Positions 30,567 to 41,304 are shown, counted from the first letter of the stretch. The stretch: 64,000 nt of DNA from an uncultured Chloroflexia bacterium (GCA_963724345.1 CAVRUI010000001.1:14201-78200), one strand, 5' to 3'. Notes: generated by a model not told the origin, from the sequence alone. Program-made: numbers and translations.

Positions 30567-31811
30567 ATGAAATTCTTACAGATCGCCTTCAAGGACCTGA
30601 CCGTCGCTTTCCGCGACCGGACGGGCCTGCTCCTGATGCTGGCCGCCCCGGTGGTGTTGACCTTCGGCATGGCGCTGGTGAGCGGGCGTTTATCCGGCTC
30701 CTCGGGGCCGGCTCTGGCCGATATCCCCGTGGTGATCGTCAATCTGGATGGCGGGGAAATCGGAAACAATCTGGCGGAGGCTTTCGCTTCCGAAGAATTA
30801 TCCGGCCTGCTCGATCCGCAAACGGCGGCGGACGCCGCCGCGGGCCGCGCCCTGGTGGACGGGAATAAAGCCGCCGCGGCGGTGATCATCCCGGCCGGTT
30901 TTTCCGATGCGGTCACCGGCGGAACGAAACCATTGGAAACCGACCGGATCGAAGTGTATGCCAATCCCGAACGGGAAGTATCCGCGCAGGTGGTCACGGC
31001 AATCGTGGAATCCTTCGTCCAGCAGATCGAGCTGGGGCGCATCAGCGGCCAGGTGGCGGTGGAGCAGATGCTCGCCGCGGGCATCATCACCCCCGCTCAG
31101 GCGCAGGAAATCGGATTGCAGGTCGGGGAGCGGGCCGCCGCGGAGCGGGGTTCCGGGGCGCCGGTCCGGCTTGTATCGACCGAAGAATCCACGGCAGAGG
31201 CGGTTCAGTTCGATCCGATGGCTTATTTCGCCCCGTCGATGGCGATTTTCTTCCTGATGTTCACCGTCTCGCTGGGAGGCAAAAGCCTTCTGGAGGAGAA
31301 GAACACCGGGACCCTCGCCCGCCTTTCCAGTGCGCCGATCCGGGAAGCCGAGATCCTGGGCGGGAAGATGCTCGGGATTTACCTGACGGCGCTTGCGCAA
31401 ATGGCAATTCTTATCGGGATCAACGCCGTGCTGTTCCATGTGACATTCGGGGATCCGCTTGCGCTGGCGGCTCTGGTGGCGGCTCTGGCGGCGGCCGCGA
31501 CGGGCTGGGGGATCCTGCTGGCCGCGCTGGCCAAAACCCCCGGCCAAGTCACCACCGTGGGGTCGGCGATGATGCTGACCTTCGGCATCCTGGGGGGAAA
31601 TTTTGTCTCCGCATCGGGGATGCCGGAATGGTTCCGCCTTGCAGGAAAAATCACGCCCAACGCGTGGGGGCTCGACGGGTTTGTCGCGCTGGGAATGGGG
31701 GACGGCCTGCCTCAGATCGCAGGCATTCTGGCCGGCCTGCTGGTCATGGCGGCCGCGCTGTTCCTGGTTTCGGTTTGGATTTTACGGCGCCGCGGCATGC
31801 TGCGCGGATAG
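30567..31811 (+). CDS. ABC-2 exporter permease
   Basis: N-terminal TM, extracellular loop, EEKNTGTLARL, 5 C-terminal TMs. Confidence 0.9.
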   Translation: MKFLQIAFKDLTVAFRDRTGLLLMLAAPVVLTFGMALVSGRLSGSSGPALADIPVVIVNLDGGEIGNNLAEAFASEELSGLLDPQTAADAAAGRALVDGNKAAAAVIIPAGFSDAVTGGTKPLETDRIEVYANPEREVSAQVVTAIVESFVQQIELGRISGQVAVEQMLAAGIITPAQAQEIGLQVGERAAAERGSGAPVRLVSTEESTAEAVQFDPMAYFAPSMAIFFLMFTVSLGGKSLLEEKNTGTLARLSSAPIREAEILGGKMLGIYLTALAQMAILIGINAVLFHVTFGDPLALAALVAALAAAATGWGILLAALAKTPGQVTTVGSAMMLTFGILGGNFVSASGMPEWFRLAGKITPNAWGLDGFVALGMGDGLPQIAGILAGLLVMAAALFLVSVWILRRRGMLRG

Positions 31812-31861
31812 CCCTTATCGAAGTATGGACCGTCGGTAACAGTTTGAAAAGGAGATGGGAA

Positions 31862-33074
31862 ATGAAACAAATACTGGCCATAGCCTGGAAGGATACGGTG
31901 ATCCGGTTTGCTTCGCGCGGGGAATGGCTCTTCTTCCTTGTCCTTCCGGTCGTGTTCACGATGGTGCTCAACTTTGGGGTCGGTTCCGCCTTCGGATCAG
32001 AAGGTGACTTGCGGATCCCGATCCTGGTGGTCGATCAGGACGGCGGGGAACTGGCCCGGGATCTGATCGCGGCGCTCGAACTCGTCGGCTACCGTGCGCG
32101 TGGAATTGACCGATCGGGCGGATGCCGCGTCCCGGTTCAAAGAACGGGAAGCTCCCGCGATCCTGGTCATCCCCGCGGGTTTGGAGGAAGCGCGTGCCAG
32201 CGGGCAAACCGTGGAACTGCAATTCACCGCCGCGGCCGGAAATTCGGACGCCATCGCCGCGCAACAGGCGGTGGAAGCCGTTCTCGGCTCGGTGGGCCGT
32301 TCGCTGCAGGCCGCCGGGATCATCACCACCGCCGCGGAGGAGATTCGTCCCTTTGCGGACGCCGCGGCCCGGCAGGCTTTCTACGATGCCGCCAAGACCG
32401 AAAGCCAAACGTTGTTCGCGGAACAACCCGTATGGATTGCGGTGACGAGATCGGGCGCGGCGGAGGCGAAGCTGGCCACATGGACTCCGCAAGCACAAGC
32501 CTCGGCCGGCCAGCTGATCACCTGGGTGTTCATCCCGCTGCTGGGGATCTCCGGTATGTTCGCCTATGAACGCCAGCAGGGAACCTTGCGGCGGATGTTC
32601 AGCGCCCCGGTTACCAAGACGGCCGCGCTGCTGGGGACGATCGCCGGTCAGTTCGCGACCGCACTGGTGCAAATGATCATCCTGGCGGCGGTCGGGACAG
32701 CCATTTTCGGGCTGCCGTGGTGGAGCCATCCGGCGGCGACTCTGGCGATGTTTGCTGCTTTCGGCCTGGCCGCCGTCGCCTTCGGCACGATGCTGGGAAC
32801 GTTTGTGAAAACCGAAGCTCAGGCGGGCGGGTTGAGCATGGCCCTCGGCATGTCGATGGCGCTGCTCGGCGGTTGCTGGTACCCGCGCGAGCTCTTCCCC
32901 GATATTGCCCAGAAAATCACGCTGGCGCTGCCCACGACCTGGTCGATGATCGGGATGAACGACATCCTGCTGCGCGGCGCGGATCTGGCGGGGGTGCTGC
33001 CGGTGGCGGGCGTGCTGTGCGGGTTCGCGGTTGTGTTCCTGGCAGTCGGCGTCCTGCGGTTCCGCTACGAGTGA
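31862..33074 (+). CDS. ABC-2 exporter permease (one +1 frameshift near 32080)
   Basis: MKQILAIAWKD... frame joins the 32094-33074 ORF (ERQQGTLRR, GGCWYP). Confidence 0.85.
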
Positions 33075-33147
33075 TGGGATGGGTGTCATCAGGAGGAGGT
33101 ATGTGGAACACGCCACTTCATGAGTTTCCTCCCCTCCCCTCCGCTCC

Positions 33148-33321
33148 CCTCCCCCCTGGGGGTGTCCGTTTTCTGTGAACCGTTCTAATCCCCCCATCCC
33201 GAAGGGATGGGGGGAAGTGATTGGTTATATTTCCGCCCACACCATGCGTTCTCTCCCCCCTAGGTTCCTTCAGTCTATGTGAGCCGTTCTACTCCCCCCA
33301 TCCCGAAGGGATGGGGGGAAG
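33148..33321. repeat. Repeats flanking the second DUF559 gene (left side)
   Basis: tgtgaaccgttctaatccccccatcccgaagggatggggggaag at 33174-33217, near copy at 33278-33321, third copy at 33792-33835. Confidence 0.85.
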
Positions 33322-33359
33322 TGAATTTTGGGGGGAGGGGGAGGGGAATGAATTGCGAT

Positions 33360-33731
33360 CTATTCGGAATTCTTCATGCCAGTGGATTCGAGTAATACTC
33401 GTATCTTAATCAAGACCGCGTCAATATCCGCCATCACTTCATGATTCCAAAAACGGATCACCGTATATCCGTTTTCGCCGAGATAATCCGAACGGGCGGA
33501 GTCGTATTCCTTTTGTGATGCATGAGGTTCCCCATCCAATTCGACAACGATCTTCTTTCGGGGAGCACAAAAGTCGACGATATATGGACCGATCGGGTGC
33601 TGACGGCGAAAGCCAACTCCTGCCAGCCGGTGGGCACGTAAACGCGGCCATAGCTTTTTCTCCGCGGGAGTCAAGTTTCTTCTAAGGATCCTGGCGCGAA
33701 GAAACGTTTTCGATTCTTGAGCTTGTGACAT
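33360..33731 (-). CDS. DUF559 endonuclease domain protein
   Basis: ARILRRNLTPAEKKLW..LR, FRRQHPIGPYIVDF, ELDGEPH, YDSARSDYL...IRFWN. Confidence 0.9.
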   Translation of the reverse strand: MSQAQESKTFLRARILRRNLTPAEKKLWPRLRAHRLAGVGFRRQHPIGPYIVDFCAPRKKIVVELDGEPHASQKEYDSARSDYLGENGYTVIRFWNHEVMADIDAVLIKIRVLLESTGMKNSE

Positions 33732-33840
33732 AGTAATCCCCCTGCGTTTGATCCATCCGACGTTCCCTCCCCCCTGGGGTCGTCGGTTTTCTGTGAACCG
33801 TTCTAATCCCCCCATCCCGAAGGGATGGGGGGAAGAGCAC

Positions 33841-34917
33841 TTAGGGGGAGGGAGGGTTGTGTTCCCGCCACTCCATGCGTTCTTTGCGCCAGGTTTCTTC
33901 GTCCACGGGCGGGAGCGCGATTTCCCCGGTATCGCGGCGCACCAGCGTCAGGGCATCGTTGGGGCATTCCACCGTGCACACGCCGCAACCCGCGCAGCGG
34001 ATCGCGTCCACGCGGGCGGTGCCGTCGACGGTGATGGCGCCGAAGGGGCAGCGTTCGGCGCATACGCCGCACGCGCCGCAGGCGGCTTCATCCACCCGGC
34101 AGACGAAGCCCGAATGCGCGATCACCGAAGCGATCCCGCTTTCCGCAATCCCGCGCAGGATGCCGCACGAACAGGTGCAGCAGTTGCAGATGTACATGTT
34201 GCCTTCACGGGTGTTCGAGACCGAATGAACCAGCCCGGCTGCCGCCACACTGCGCAGCAGGTCCAGGGCTTCCGGTTGGGTCAGCTCCCGCACCCCTTTG
34301 CGGCCGTGAAAGGCGCCCGGCGCGCTGGACATGATCATGCAGGCTTCCACCGGGTGCGGGCACGGGCGCCCGATCAGGGCGGTCTGTTTCCGGCAGATGC
34401 AATCGGTTACGCCCCAGGCGGCCGCCCGTGAGACGATCCCCGCCGCGCTCTCGAAGGGCGCGATCGAAATATCCGCCTTCACGCTCTCCTGAACCGGGAC
34501 GACGCGGTGAAAAGGCGGCTGGATGGCGCCCGCCCGGCGAAACGCGGCCTGGAAATAATCCTCGAACCGTTTGGCCAGCTCCGAGTCCATCCTCCCCGCC
34601 TGCATTTCGTAAATTCCCACAACGAACGGCATCAGGCAGTACCCCAGGCCGCCCTCCGCCCGTCCGGCGGTGATCAACCCTTTGCGGGCCATTTCCTTCA
34701 ACTGCGCGCGGATCACGGCGGGGTCGCGGTCCAGCCGGATGGCGATCGCTCTCGGCGTTTCCGGTTCCGTGGAGAGGTCGGCGGCCAGCGCCGCTTCCTC
34801 GGGGGAAAACAGGTATGCCAGCAGGCGCAGGTGCGAGCCGTCTTCCGCCGGGGGATAACCGTTGGGGAGATCGTCGAGCCGCTTGGCAAGGTTTTGAAAA
34901 GATGTAAGGTCCGTCAT
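33841..34917 (-). CDS. 4Fe-4S binding protein with N-terminal winged helix
   Basis: CICR..C..C, ICNCCTCSC, CGACGVCAERCP and CAGCGVCTVECP. Confidence 0.88.
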   Translation of the reverse strand: MTDLTSFQNLAKRLDDLPNGYPPAEDGSHLRLLAYLFSPEEAALAADLSTEPETPRAIAIRLDRDPAVIRAQLKEMARKGLITAGRAEGGLGYCLMPFVVGIYEMQAGRMDSELAKRFEDYFQAAFRRAGAIQPPFHRVVPVQESVKADISIAPFESAAGIVSRAAAWGVTDCICRKQTALIGRPCPHPVEACMIMSSAPGAFHGRKGVRELTQPEALDLLRSVAAAGLVHSVSNTREGNMYICNCCTCSCGILRGIAESGIASVIAHSGFVCRVDEAACGACGVCAERCPFGAITVDGTARVDAIRCAGCGVCTVECPNDALTLVRRDTGEIALPPVDEETWRKERMEWREHNPPSP

Positions 34918-35051
34918 GGGGGGAAGTATATCAGGGCGCGGGAGTCCGGATTAATCCATCGAGGGACCGGAAGTCACCGATCCCTCAGGGTCTTTCGACC
35001 CTTCGGGATGACACCCGCAGGAGGACCGCGCACATGTCCGTGCGGGGCGGA

Positions 35052-35990
35052 TTACGTTTTGGGATGCGCGGCGAAGAATTCCCAAATGGTCCGGGAAGCC
35101 GGCCAGAGGCTTTCCGAAGGCCAGACGTGCCCGATGCCGTAAAGCGAATACAATTCGACGGCTGTTCCACCGGCGCATGCGGAATACACCAGATGCGTGG
35201 CAATCCCATCCCGGTTTTCATCCGGGGAACCCGTACAGCCGTCGAAGTATGCCCACAGCGCGACGCTGCCCCTCACCGAACGGATGGCCGGATCCAAATC
35301 GGGATCCAAATCCTCATCGGCGTAGGGCGCCGAGTCGTCGCTCAATCCCTGGATGTGGAGGACGGAGACCTTCCCCAAAGGCCGGCATGGGTCGTACCCC
35401 AAATTTCCGGCGACCGGCGCGATGGCCGCAATCGTATCCGACAGCTCGCACGCCAAGCGGTACGCCAGCATCGCCCCGTTCGAAAAGCCGGCTGCGTACA
35501 CCCGCGCGGGATCGATTGCATACAAACCGCCCAAATCGGAAAGGATCCCGCGCACGAACGCCGCCTCGTCGATGTCATTCTTTTGCGCGGAACCGCAGCA
35601 CAAACCGGCGTCGAAGGAGAGGGCTTGCGCCGATCCGGTCCCGTTCGGATAAGCGACGATGAATTGATTTGCATCGGCGAGGATATTGAATCCCGTCGTC
35701 GCCAGCATATAGTCGCCGTTCATCCGGTGACCGTGAAAAACGAGCACCAGCGGCACCGGGGAAACGGCGCTCAGCCCGGCCGGGACGTGGAGGAGGTAAC
35801 TCCGTGACAGTCCGTCCACGGTTAACGAGCGTTCGGTGTCGCCCGGGGGCCTCGTGGCCGGAACGGGCCATGTAAATGTGGGGGGATTTGGAAGCGTGGG
35901 GCCGGAGGGCTGCGCCTTGGCGAGGGCGCAGCCGATCATGAATATCGCCAACAGAAGAAACCCGCAGACGCGCGCGCCGGTGTGGATCAT
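35052..35990 (-). CDS. PHB depolymerase/LpqC-family esterase, secreted
   Basis: LVFHG, AGFSNGAML nucleophile elbow, GHVWP; start uncertain. Confidence 0.85.
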   Translation of the reverse strand: MIHTGARVCGFLLLAIFMIGCALAKAQPSGPTLPNPPTFTWPVPATRPPGDTERSLTVDGLSRSYLLHVPAGLSAVSPVPLVLVFHGHRMNGDYMLATTGFNILADANQFIVAYPNGTGSAQALSFDAGLCCGSAQKNDIDEAAFVRGILSDLGGLYAIDPARVYAAGFSNGAMLAYRLACELSDTIAAIAPVAGNLGYDPCRPLGKVSVLHIQGLSDDSAPYADEDLDPDLDPAIRSVRGSVALWAYFDGCTGSPDENRDGIATHLVYSACAGGTAVELYSLYGIGHVWPSESLWPASRTIWEFFAAHPKT

Positions 35991-36212
35991 CGGGATCTTA
36001 GCGGGCTCAGATGGAATGCGGCAGTGGGTGGGCATCGGAATGAGTGAAAATTTTAGGCAGGAAGGCCGGCGACCGGCTCGTTTCCGGACGCAGGAAAATA
36101 TTTTATACCCAAAATCATCCGGAAGGTGATTCGAAGTTTTATTCGCCGGGCGGATGAATTTCACCAGTCCGGCGCCAGCCAATGGAAATAGGCCGGGAGA
36201 CGGCTAGGCGCG

Positions 36213-36578
36213 GGCATCCAGTGATTATTATTGAGAAGTAGTATATGGGAGTACCTCATGGATTCCCGCTAAGATCGCGCGGGAATGACGAACTCCTCCT
36301 CGTCATGCCGGTGTGCACTTGGCCGGCATCCAGTGATTATTACTGAGAAGTAGTATATGGGAGTACCTCATGGATTCCCGCTAAGATCGCGCGGGGATGA
36401 CGAACTCCTCTTCGTCATGCCGGCGTGCACTTGGCCGGCATCCAGTGATTATTATTGAGAAGTAGTTTGTGGGAGTTCCTCATGGATTCCCGCTTAAAAC
36501 ACCCCCGCTTCGCAACCATCCCCGCTCAAAAGGCAGTACGAGCGGGGATGCTTCGCGGGGGCAGGCGCGGGAATGACG
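36213..36578. repeat. 112-bp tandem repeat (about 2.5 copies) built from the GTCAT palindromic element
   Basis: ggcatccagtgattatta... starts at 36213, 36325 and 36437. Confidence 0.9.
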
Positions 36579-36678
36579 GACATTTGAGTGATTGTCAAAA
36601 CCACGCGGGAATAACGATCGCATGGATCACGCACAGAGCCCGTTGTCTTAAGCCGGCTTTTCCACTACACTTCATCCC

Positions 36679-37758
36679 ATGACAGGTCAGCCGCTGCCAC
36701 TCATCCATATCGGGGGCACACCGCGCGAGATGGGCCTGGAATTCGGGCGGGCGCGCAGGGAGTCCATCATTCATATGGTCTCCAACGTCAAGGCGTTCCT
36801 CGAGCAAACCTACGGCCAGATCCGGCTCACGTGGCCCGAGGCGATCCTGCAGGCGCACAAATACCTTCCCTTTGCGCAGGAACTCACACCGCGTTATGTG
36901 GAAGAGCTGCGCGCCATGGCCGAGGGCGCGGATGTCGCCTTCGACGACCTGATGGTGGTCAACTGCCTGGAGGCGATCACCACCGACGCGCTCCACCTGC
37001 TCGGATGCACCACTTTCGTGGTGACCGAGGAGCATACCGCCGAAGGCCGCGTGCTCATCGGGCACAATGAAGATTGGCTTCCGGCCGACGAATCGGATGT
37101 GTTTCTCATCCACGCCGAGCCGGACGGCGAGCCGGCGTTTCTGGCGATGACCTACGGCGCATTGGTGCCGAACATCGGGTTCAATGCCGCCGGCATTTGC
37201 CAGTGCTGCGATTCGGTCTACCCGAGCGACGTGCGCATCGGAGTCCCGCGGATCTTCGTCTCACGCGCGGTGCTGGCCGCCCGGACCATATCCGGGGCGA
37301 TTTCCGCCGCACTCGCCCCGCACCGGGCGGCCGGATACAACCACGTCCTGGTGCATGCCTCGGGCGAGGCCTATAACATCGAGGTCTCGGCGCGGTTCTT
37401 CTCGATGATGTACGCCCAGGGCGGGATTCTGGCCCACACCAATCACTACCTCAGCCGGCGCATGGCGCGGCTCGAAAACGACGCCCATCACCTGATCGGA
37501 TCCCGCGTGCGCTACTTCCGGACCATGCGCCTGCTCCGCCGCACCCACCGCCACAACCGCGAATCCCTGAAGGGGATCCTGCGCGACCACGTCAACCACC
37601 CGAACTCGATCTGCTCACACGAGGCGATCGACGAAAATCCGCTCGATCAGCAGAAAACCGTCTGCTCGCTGATCATCGACCTGAACGAACGGGAGATGCA
37701 CGCGTCGTGGGGCGTTCCATGCGAGAACGAATATTTCACCTACCGGTTGTCCACGTAG
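36679..37758 (+). CDS. C45 family autoproteolytic peptidase/acyltransferase (Ntn hydrolase)
   Basis: G|CTT cleavage site, GHNEDW, GFNAAG, HTNHY. Confidence 0.88.
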   Translation: MTGQPLPLIHIGGTPREMGLEFGRARRESIIHMVSNVKAFLEQTYGQIRLTWPEAILQAHKYLPFAQELTPRYVEELRAMAEGADVAFDDLMVVNCLEAITTDALHLLGCTTFVVTEEHTAEGRVLIGHNEDWLPADESDVFLIHAEPDGEPAFLAMTYGALVPNIGFNAAGICQCCDSVYPSDVRIGVPRIFVSRAVLAARTISGAISAALAPHRAAGYNHVLVHASGEAYNIEVSARFFSMMYAQGGILAHTNHYLSRRMARLENDAHHLIGSRVRYFRTMRLLRRTHRHNRESLKGILRDHVNHPNSICSHEAIDENPLDQQKTVCSLIIDLNEREMHASWGVPCENEYFTYRLST

Positions 37759-37777
37759 GTTCTTCTCCGGATTATAT

Positions 37778-37817
37778 AAAAAGCCGCGGGGCTGAAAATG
37801 CCCCGCGGCTTTTTTTT
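37778..37817. terminator. Bidirectional terminator
   Basis: aaaaagccgcggggc...gccccgcggctttttttt between convergent genes. Confidence 0.9.
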
Positions 37818-37847
37818 ATGATCCGCCGGTTGTCCCGGGTCGCTAAT

Positions 37848-40235
37848 CTACTTCAATCCGCCCGGTTTGTATTCGCAGCGCAGGAGGGTAACGTTCCAGA
37901 ACACCTCACTGCGGACGATCGCCCCTCCGGCTTTATCGAGCGCGACGAACTGGTACTGCAGCCAGGATTCGCCGAAGGTGCGCACGTCGGGGATGTTCTC
38001 CGCCCACAGGGTGATTTCATACAGGTTGTTCCCGACCGGGGTCATGGAGATTCCGCTGCTCCAGGCGCCGAGCCGTCCGCTGCTTTGTTCCTTCAGCCGG
38101 GCGTAGAACAGAACGTTCGCCACGCCCTCGGCGCTGGAAAGGCCGATCTGGAAGGTCACCTCGCGCGGGCCGCAGTCGCCGGCGGAGTTGGGCCCGTAGA
38201 AGTAGAGGGTCTCGGTGGAGACTTTGGGCTTTCCGAACGAGATAAGGGCGGGGGTCGGGGTGTCCGTGGGCGCGACATCGGGCATCATCGGCAGGAATTG
38301 GAAATCCCAGCCGAAGTTGATATCCGCGCGCACTTCGCCGCCGCCAAGCACGATCTCGGTCGTGGCGGGTCCGCCTCCGCGGATCGGATAGGTCCAGCCG
38401 CCGGGAATAAGCGCCAGGTCGTTGCCGTCGTGGAGCGCATCGACCGAGACGCAGTAGGTGCCCGCCGCGAGGGCGGGGAAGGAATACCCGCCATCCGGGC
38501 CGGTGACGGCCGTCATCAGGTCGCTCCCCGTGGCGCAGGAGCCTGCTTTCAGGCGGAGCGTGACGCCCGGGATGCCGGGTTCGCCGGGTTCCAGAATGCC
38601 GTTGGCATCGATGAAAAGCCCGTCGCCGTCGGGATCGCTGCATCCCGGAGGCGGCGTGGGCGGGTATCCGTGTTCCGGGACGGCGCACAGGTCGTGCCAG
38701 ACTTTCCCGCTGATCATGGCGTCGCCGCCGCCGGAGGCTGTGCGCTCCACCGCGCCGCGGTCGCAGCCTGCGCCCTGCGGACGGATTACGCCGTGTTGGT
38801 CAGTTCCGGCGCAGAGGTCGGGGTTGGCCGAGTCGATCGCCGGGCTTGCGGCTTGGAGATCGAATGCCGGCGACCAAGTTCCCACCGGAGGCGGGGGGGC
38901 CAGCATCGGATCGGTGCTGGAAAGATCGGTGCCCTCCGAGAGGGCGCAGGTCGCGCCGTCGTCGATGTTGTGGCCGATCGAATCAATCGGCACCCCGGCG
39001 CAGTTACCGCCCGAATTGCCGGCCAGGATCGTATTGCGGATGGTCTTTTCGCCGCCGCCGCTGTTGTGGATTCCCTGGTTATTATTCCCGGCGACCGTCA
39101 CGAACATCAGCCGGATGTTCCCGCCGTCGTTGAAGATGCCGCCGCCACCGGAGCCGCCCGTGTTGGCGCCGACGGTTGTGTTGTCGAGGAGCAAGCCGCC
39201 GCTGTCGGCATTGAAAGCGCCGCCGCCCTCATCTTCATAGGCCGTGTTGTACACGATCGAACTCTCGTAGAAGTGGGCCATCCCCAGGTTGTAAATCCCG
39301 CCCCCGGTCCGGCCCTCGTTGTTGCTCAGCATGACATCCCGTGCGATGAGGGTGACGTAACCGTTGAGGATCCCGCCTCCGGCGTTGATGCTGTGGTTGT
39401 TCTCGACGGTGGAGCTGGTGAGTTCGAGGTCGCCGTTGTTGTGAATGCCGCCCCCTTCGTTCCCCGCGCTGTTGCCCTCGACCTCGGTGTTGATGATGGT
39501 CGATTGGGTGCCGGGGCCGAGCCACATGCCTCCGCCCGGGCCAAAGGCTTCATTATCGGCGACGATCGTATGGGAGAGCATCAAGGTCGGCGCGACGCCC
39601 GCGACATCTTCGGTTGCGATGCCGCCGCCGACGAAGGCGTGGTTGCCGCGGATTTCCGACATATAGACGCCGAGTGCGCTGCCGCCGGCGGCGTAGATCG
39701 CGCCCCCGTCCACTTCGTGGTCGCCATACCAGGTGCTGATGTTGTTTTGGAAGATCGTTTCGTTGACGTTAAGTGTCGCGTTGATGACCCGGATTCCGGA
39801 TCCGTTGTATTCATGGCCGTTCTGGATCACCAAGCCGCTGAGGCTGGCACTGACGCCGGGCAGGACGTCGAAGATCCGGTCCGCGGCGTTGCCGTCGATG
39901 ACCGGTTTCCCGGTTCCCATAATCGTGACGTTGCCGGTGAGATCCAGGTCGCCGGTCGCGGCGGCATCTTCATCGGACCCCGCCCGCGTCAGGGTGTAGG
40001 TTCCGGCGGGGATTTGGATGGTCTGGGTGCCGGCGCAGATGTTGGCCCGGATCACCGCCTCGCGCAGGGAACAATCCGCGCCGGAGCACACGCCGTCGTT
40101 GGTGTCGGCGGTTTTGGTTACCAGGATATCCGCATCGCACGGCACCGGGGTTCCGCCGCAGCTGACCAGGAGGGCGAACAGGAAGATCGCGCATCCTGGA
40201 ACATACCGGGCGATGGAAGGCTTATTGGGTCTCAT
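37848..40235 (-). CDS. CSLREA-domain lipoprotein with beta-helix, choice-of-anchor Q and SdrD B-like domains
   Basis: LVSC lipobox; DCSLREAV; GGGI repeats; SPAIDS...DQHG..RP; ISGKVWHD...GEPGIPGV. Confidence 0.88.
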   Translation of the reverse strand: MRPNKPSIARYVPGCAIFLFALLVSCGGTPVPCDADILVTKTADTNDGVCSGADCSLREAVIRANICAGTQTIQIPAGTYTLTRAGSDEDAAATGDLDLTGNVTIMGTGKPVIDGNAADRIFDVLPGVSASLSGLVIQNGHEYNGSGIRVINATLNVNETIFQNNISTWYGDHEVDGGAIYAAGGSALGVYMSEIRGNHAFVGGGIATEDVAGVAPTLMLSHTIVADNEAFGPGGGMWLGPGTQSTIINTEVEGNSAGNEGGGIHNNGDLELTSSTVENNHSINAGGGILNGYVTLIARDVMLSNNEGRTGGGIYNLGMAHFYESSIVYNTAYEDEGGGAFNADSGGLLLDNTTVGANTGGSGGGGIFNDGGNIRLMFVTVAGNNNQGIHNSGGGEKTIRNTILAGNSGGNCAGVPIDSIGHNIDDGATCALSEGTDLSSTDPMLAPPPPVGTWSPAFDLQAASPAIDSANPDLCAGTDQHGVIRPQGAGCDRGAVERTASGGGDAMISGKVWHDLCAVPEHGYPPTPPPGCSDPDGDGLFIDANGILEPGEPGIPGVTLRLKAGSCATGSDLMTAVTGPDGGYSFPALAAGTYCVSVDALHDGNDLALIPGGWTYPIRGGGPATTEIVLGGGEVRADINFGWDFQFLPMMPDVAPTDTPTPALISFGKPKVSTETLYFYGPNSAGDCGPREVTFQIGLSSAEGVANVLFYARLKEQSSGRLGAWSSGISMTPVGNNLYEITLWAENIPDVRTFGESWLQYQFVALDKAGGAIVRSEVFWNVTLLRCEYKPGGLK

Positions 40236-40497
40236 GGTTTTTCTCCTTTATGCCGCGGATGGAATGAAAGAATGGTACTTAGAACGGTTGGACGATGCAA
40301 ACGGCGTTCACTTCACGCATTCTCTCCCGGACGGAAAATGGGACTCTCTGAAAAAAGGTGTCATGCTGAGCGCCTGCCCTCGCGAAGCGGGGGAAGCGAA
40401 GCATCTGTTTCAGCGTGTCCAGGCCCTTCGCTGCGCTCAGGGTGACATTTTCAGAGGTTTCAAAAGTATAATTTTCACAAGTTTCAGTGTACTCCGG

Positions 40498-41304
40498 ATG
40501 CCGGGGAAAAATTCCAAAAAACCTCCGGAATACCTATACGAGGGATATTTGCCGAATAAACTGGACGCGCTGGAGAAGCGGATCGTCTCCTGCCGCCGCT
40601 GCCCGCGGCTGGTGGAGTGGCGGGAGCGGATGGGCAGGGAGAAACGGCGCGCTTACCGCGGGGAAACCTATTGGGCGAAGCCGGTCCCCGGATTCGGCGA
40701 TCCACGGGCGCGGGTACTCGCGGTGGGGCTTGCGCCGGGCGCGCACGGTTCGAACCGGACGGGGCGGATGTTCACCGGCGACGCCTCCGGCGATTTTCTG
40801 TACCCCGCTCTTCACCGGGCCGGGTTCGCCGACCGGCCGGCGGCCATTGCGCGCGGCGACGGCCTCGCGTTGGAGGGCCTGTTCCTCTCGGCTGTGTGCC
40901 GCTGCGCCCCGCCGGACAACAAGCCGACGGCGGAGGAGATCGCGAATTGCCTGCCGTACCTGGCCGGGGAAATCCGGTTGCTTCCGGATTTGCGCGTGCT
41001 GGCTGCGCTGGGGAAGATCGCTTACGACGCGCTGGTCCGCTTGCTGAAGGCGGGTGAATTGGGGATCCAACCGGCGGTTCTGCCGGAGAGCATTCCACCG
41101 TTTGGGCACGGCGTGCATTGGCCGTTCGTCACCGCGGAGGGCGGGCGGATATGGATGGCGGCTTCGTATCATCCCAGCCGGCAGAATACCCAGACCGGCC
41201 GGCTGACGAGGGCGATGTTCGACCGCTTCTGGCGTTTGGTGACGGAATTGGCGTCTTCGTCCACGAAGGAACACGAAGGAAGATCCGAAGAACACGAAGA
41301 ATAA
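40498..41304 (+). CDS. Uracil-DNA glycosylase family 5 (UdgB-like, 4Fe-4S)
   Basis: CRRCPRL, GLAPGAHGSNRTGRMFTGD, YHPSRQNT; start uncertain. Confidence 0.9.
   Translation: MPGKNSKKPPEYLYEGYLPNKLDALEKRIVSCRRCPRLVEWRERMGREKRRAYRGETYWAKPVPGFGDPRARVLAVGLAPGAHGSNRTGRMFTGDASGDFLYPALHRAGFADRPAAIARGDGLALEGLFLSAVCRCAPPDNKPTAEEIANCLPYLAGEIRLLPDLRVLAALGKIAYDALVRLLKAGELGIQPAVLPESIPPFGHGVHWPFVTAEGGRIWMAASYHPSRQNTQTGRLTRAMFDRFWRLVTELASSSTKEHEGRSEEHEE

Noticed and set aside
40018-40497. N-terminal extension of the UDG ORF
   Set aside because: It overlaps the divergent CSLREA gene and a repeat element; UDG motifs begin after ~40550.
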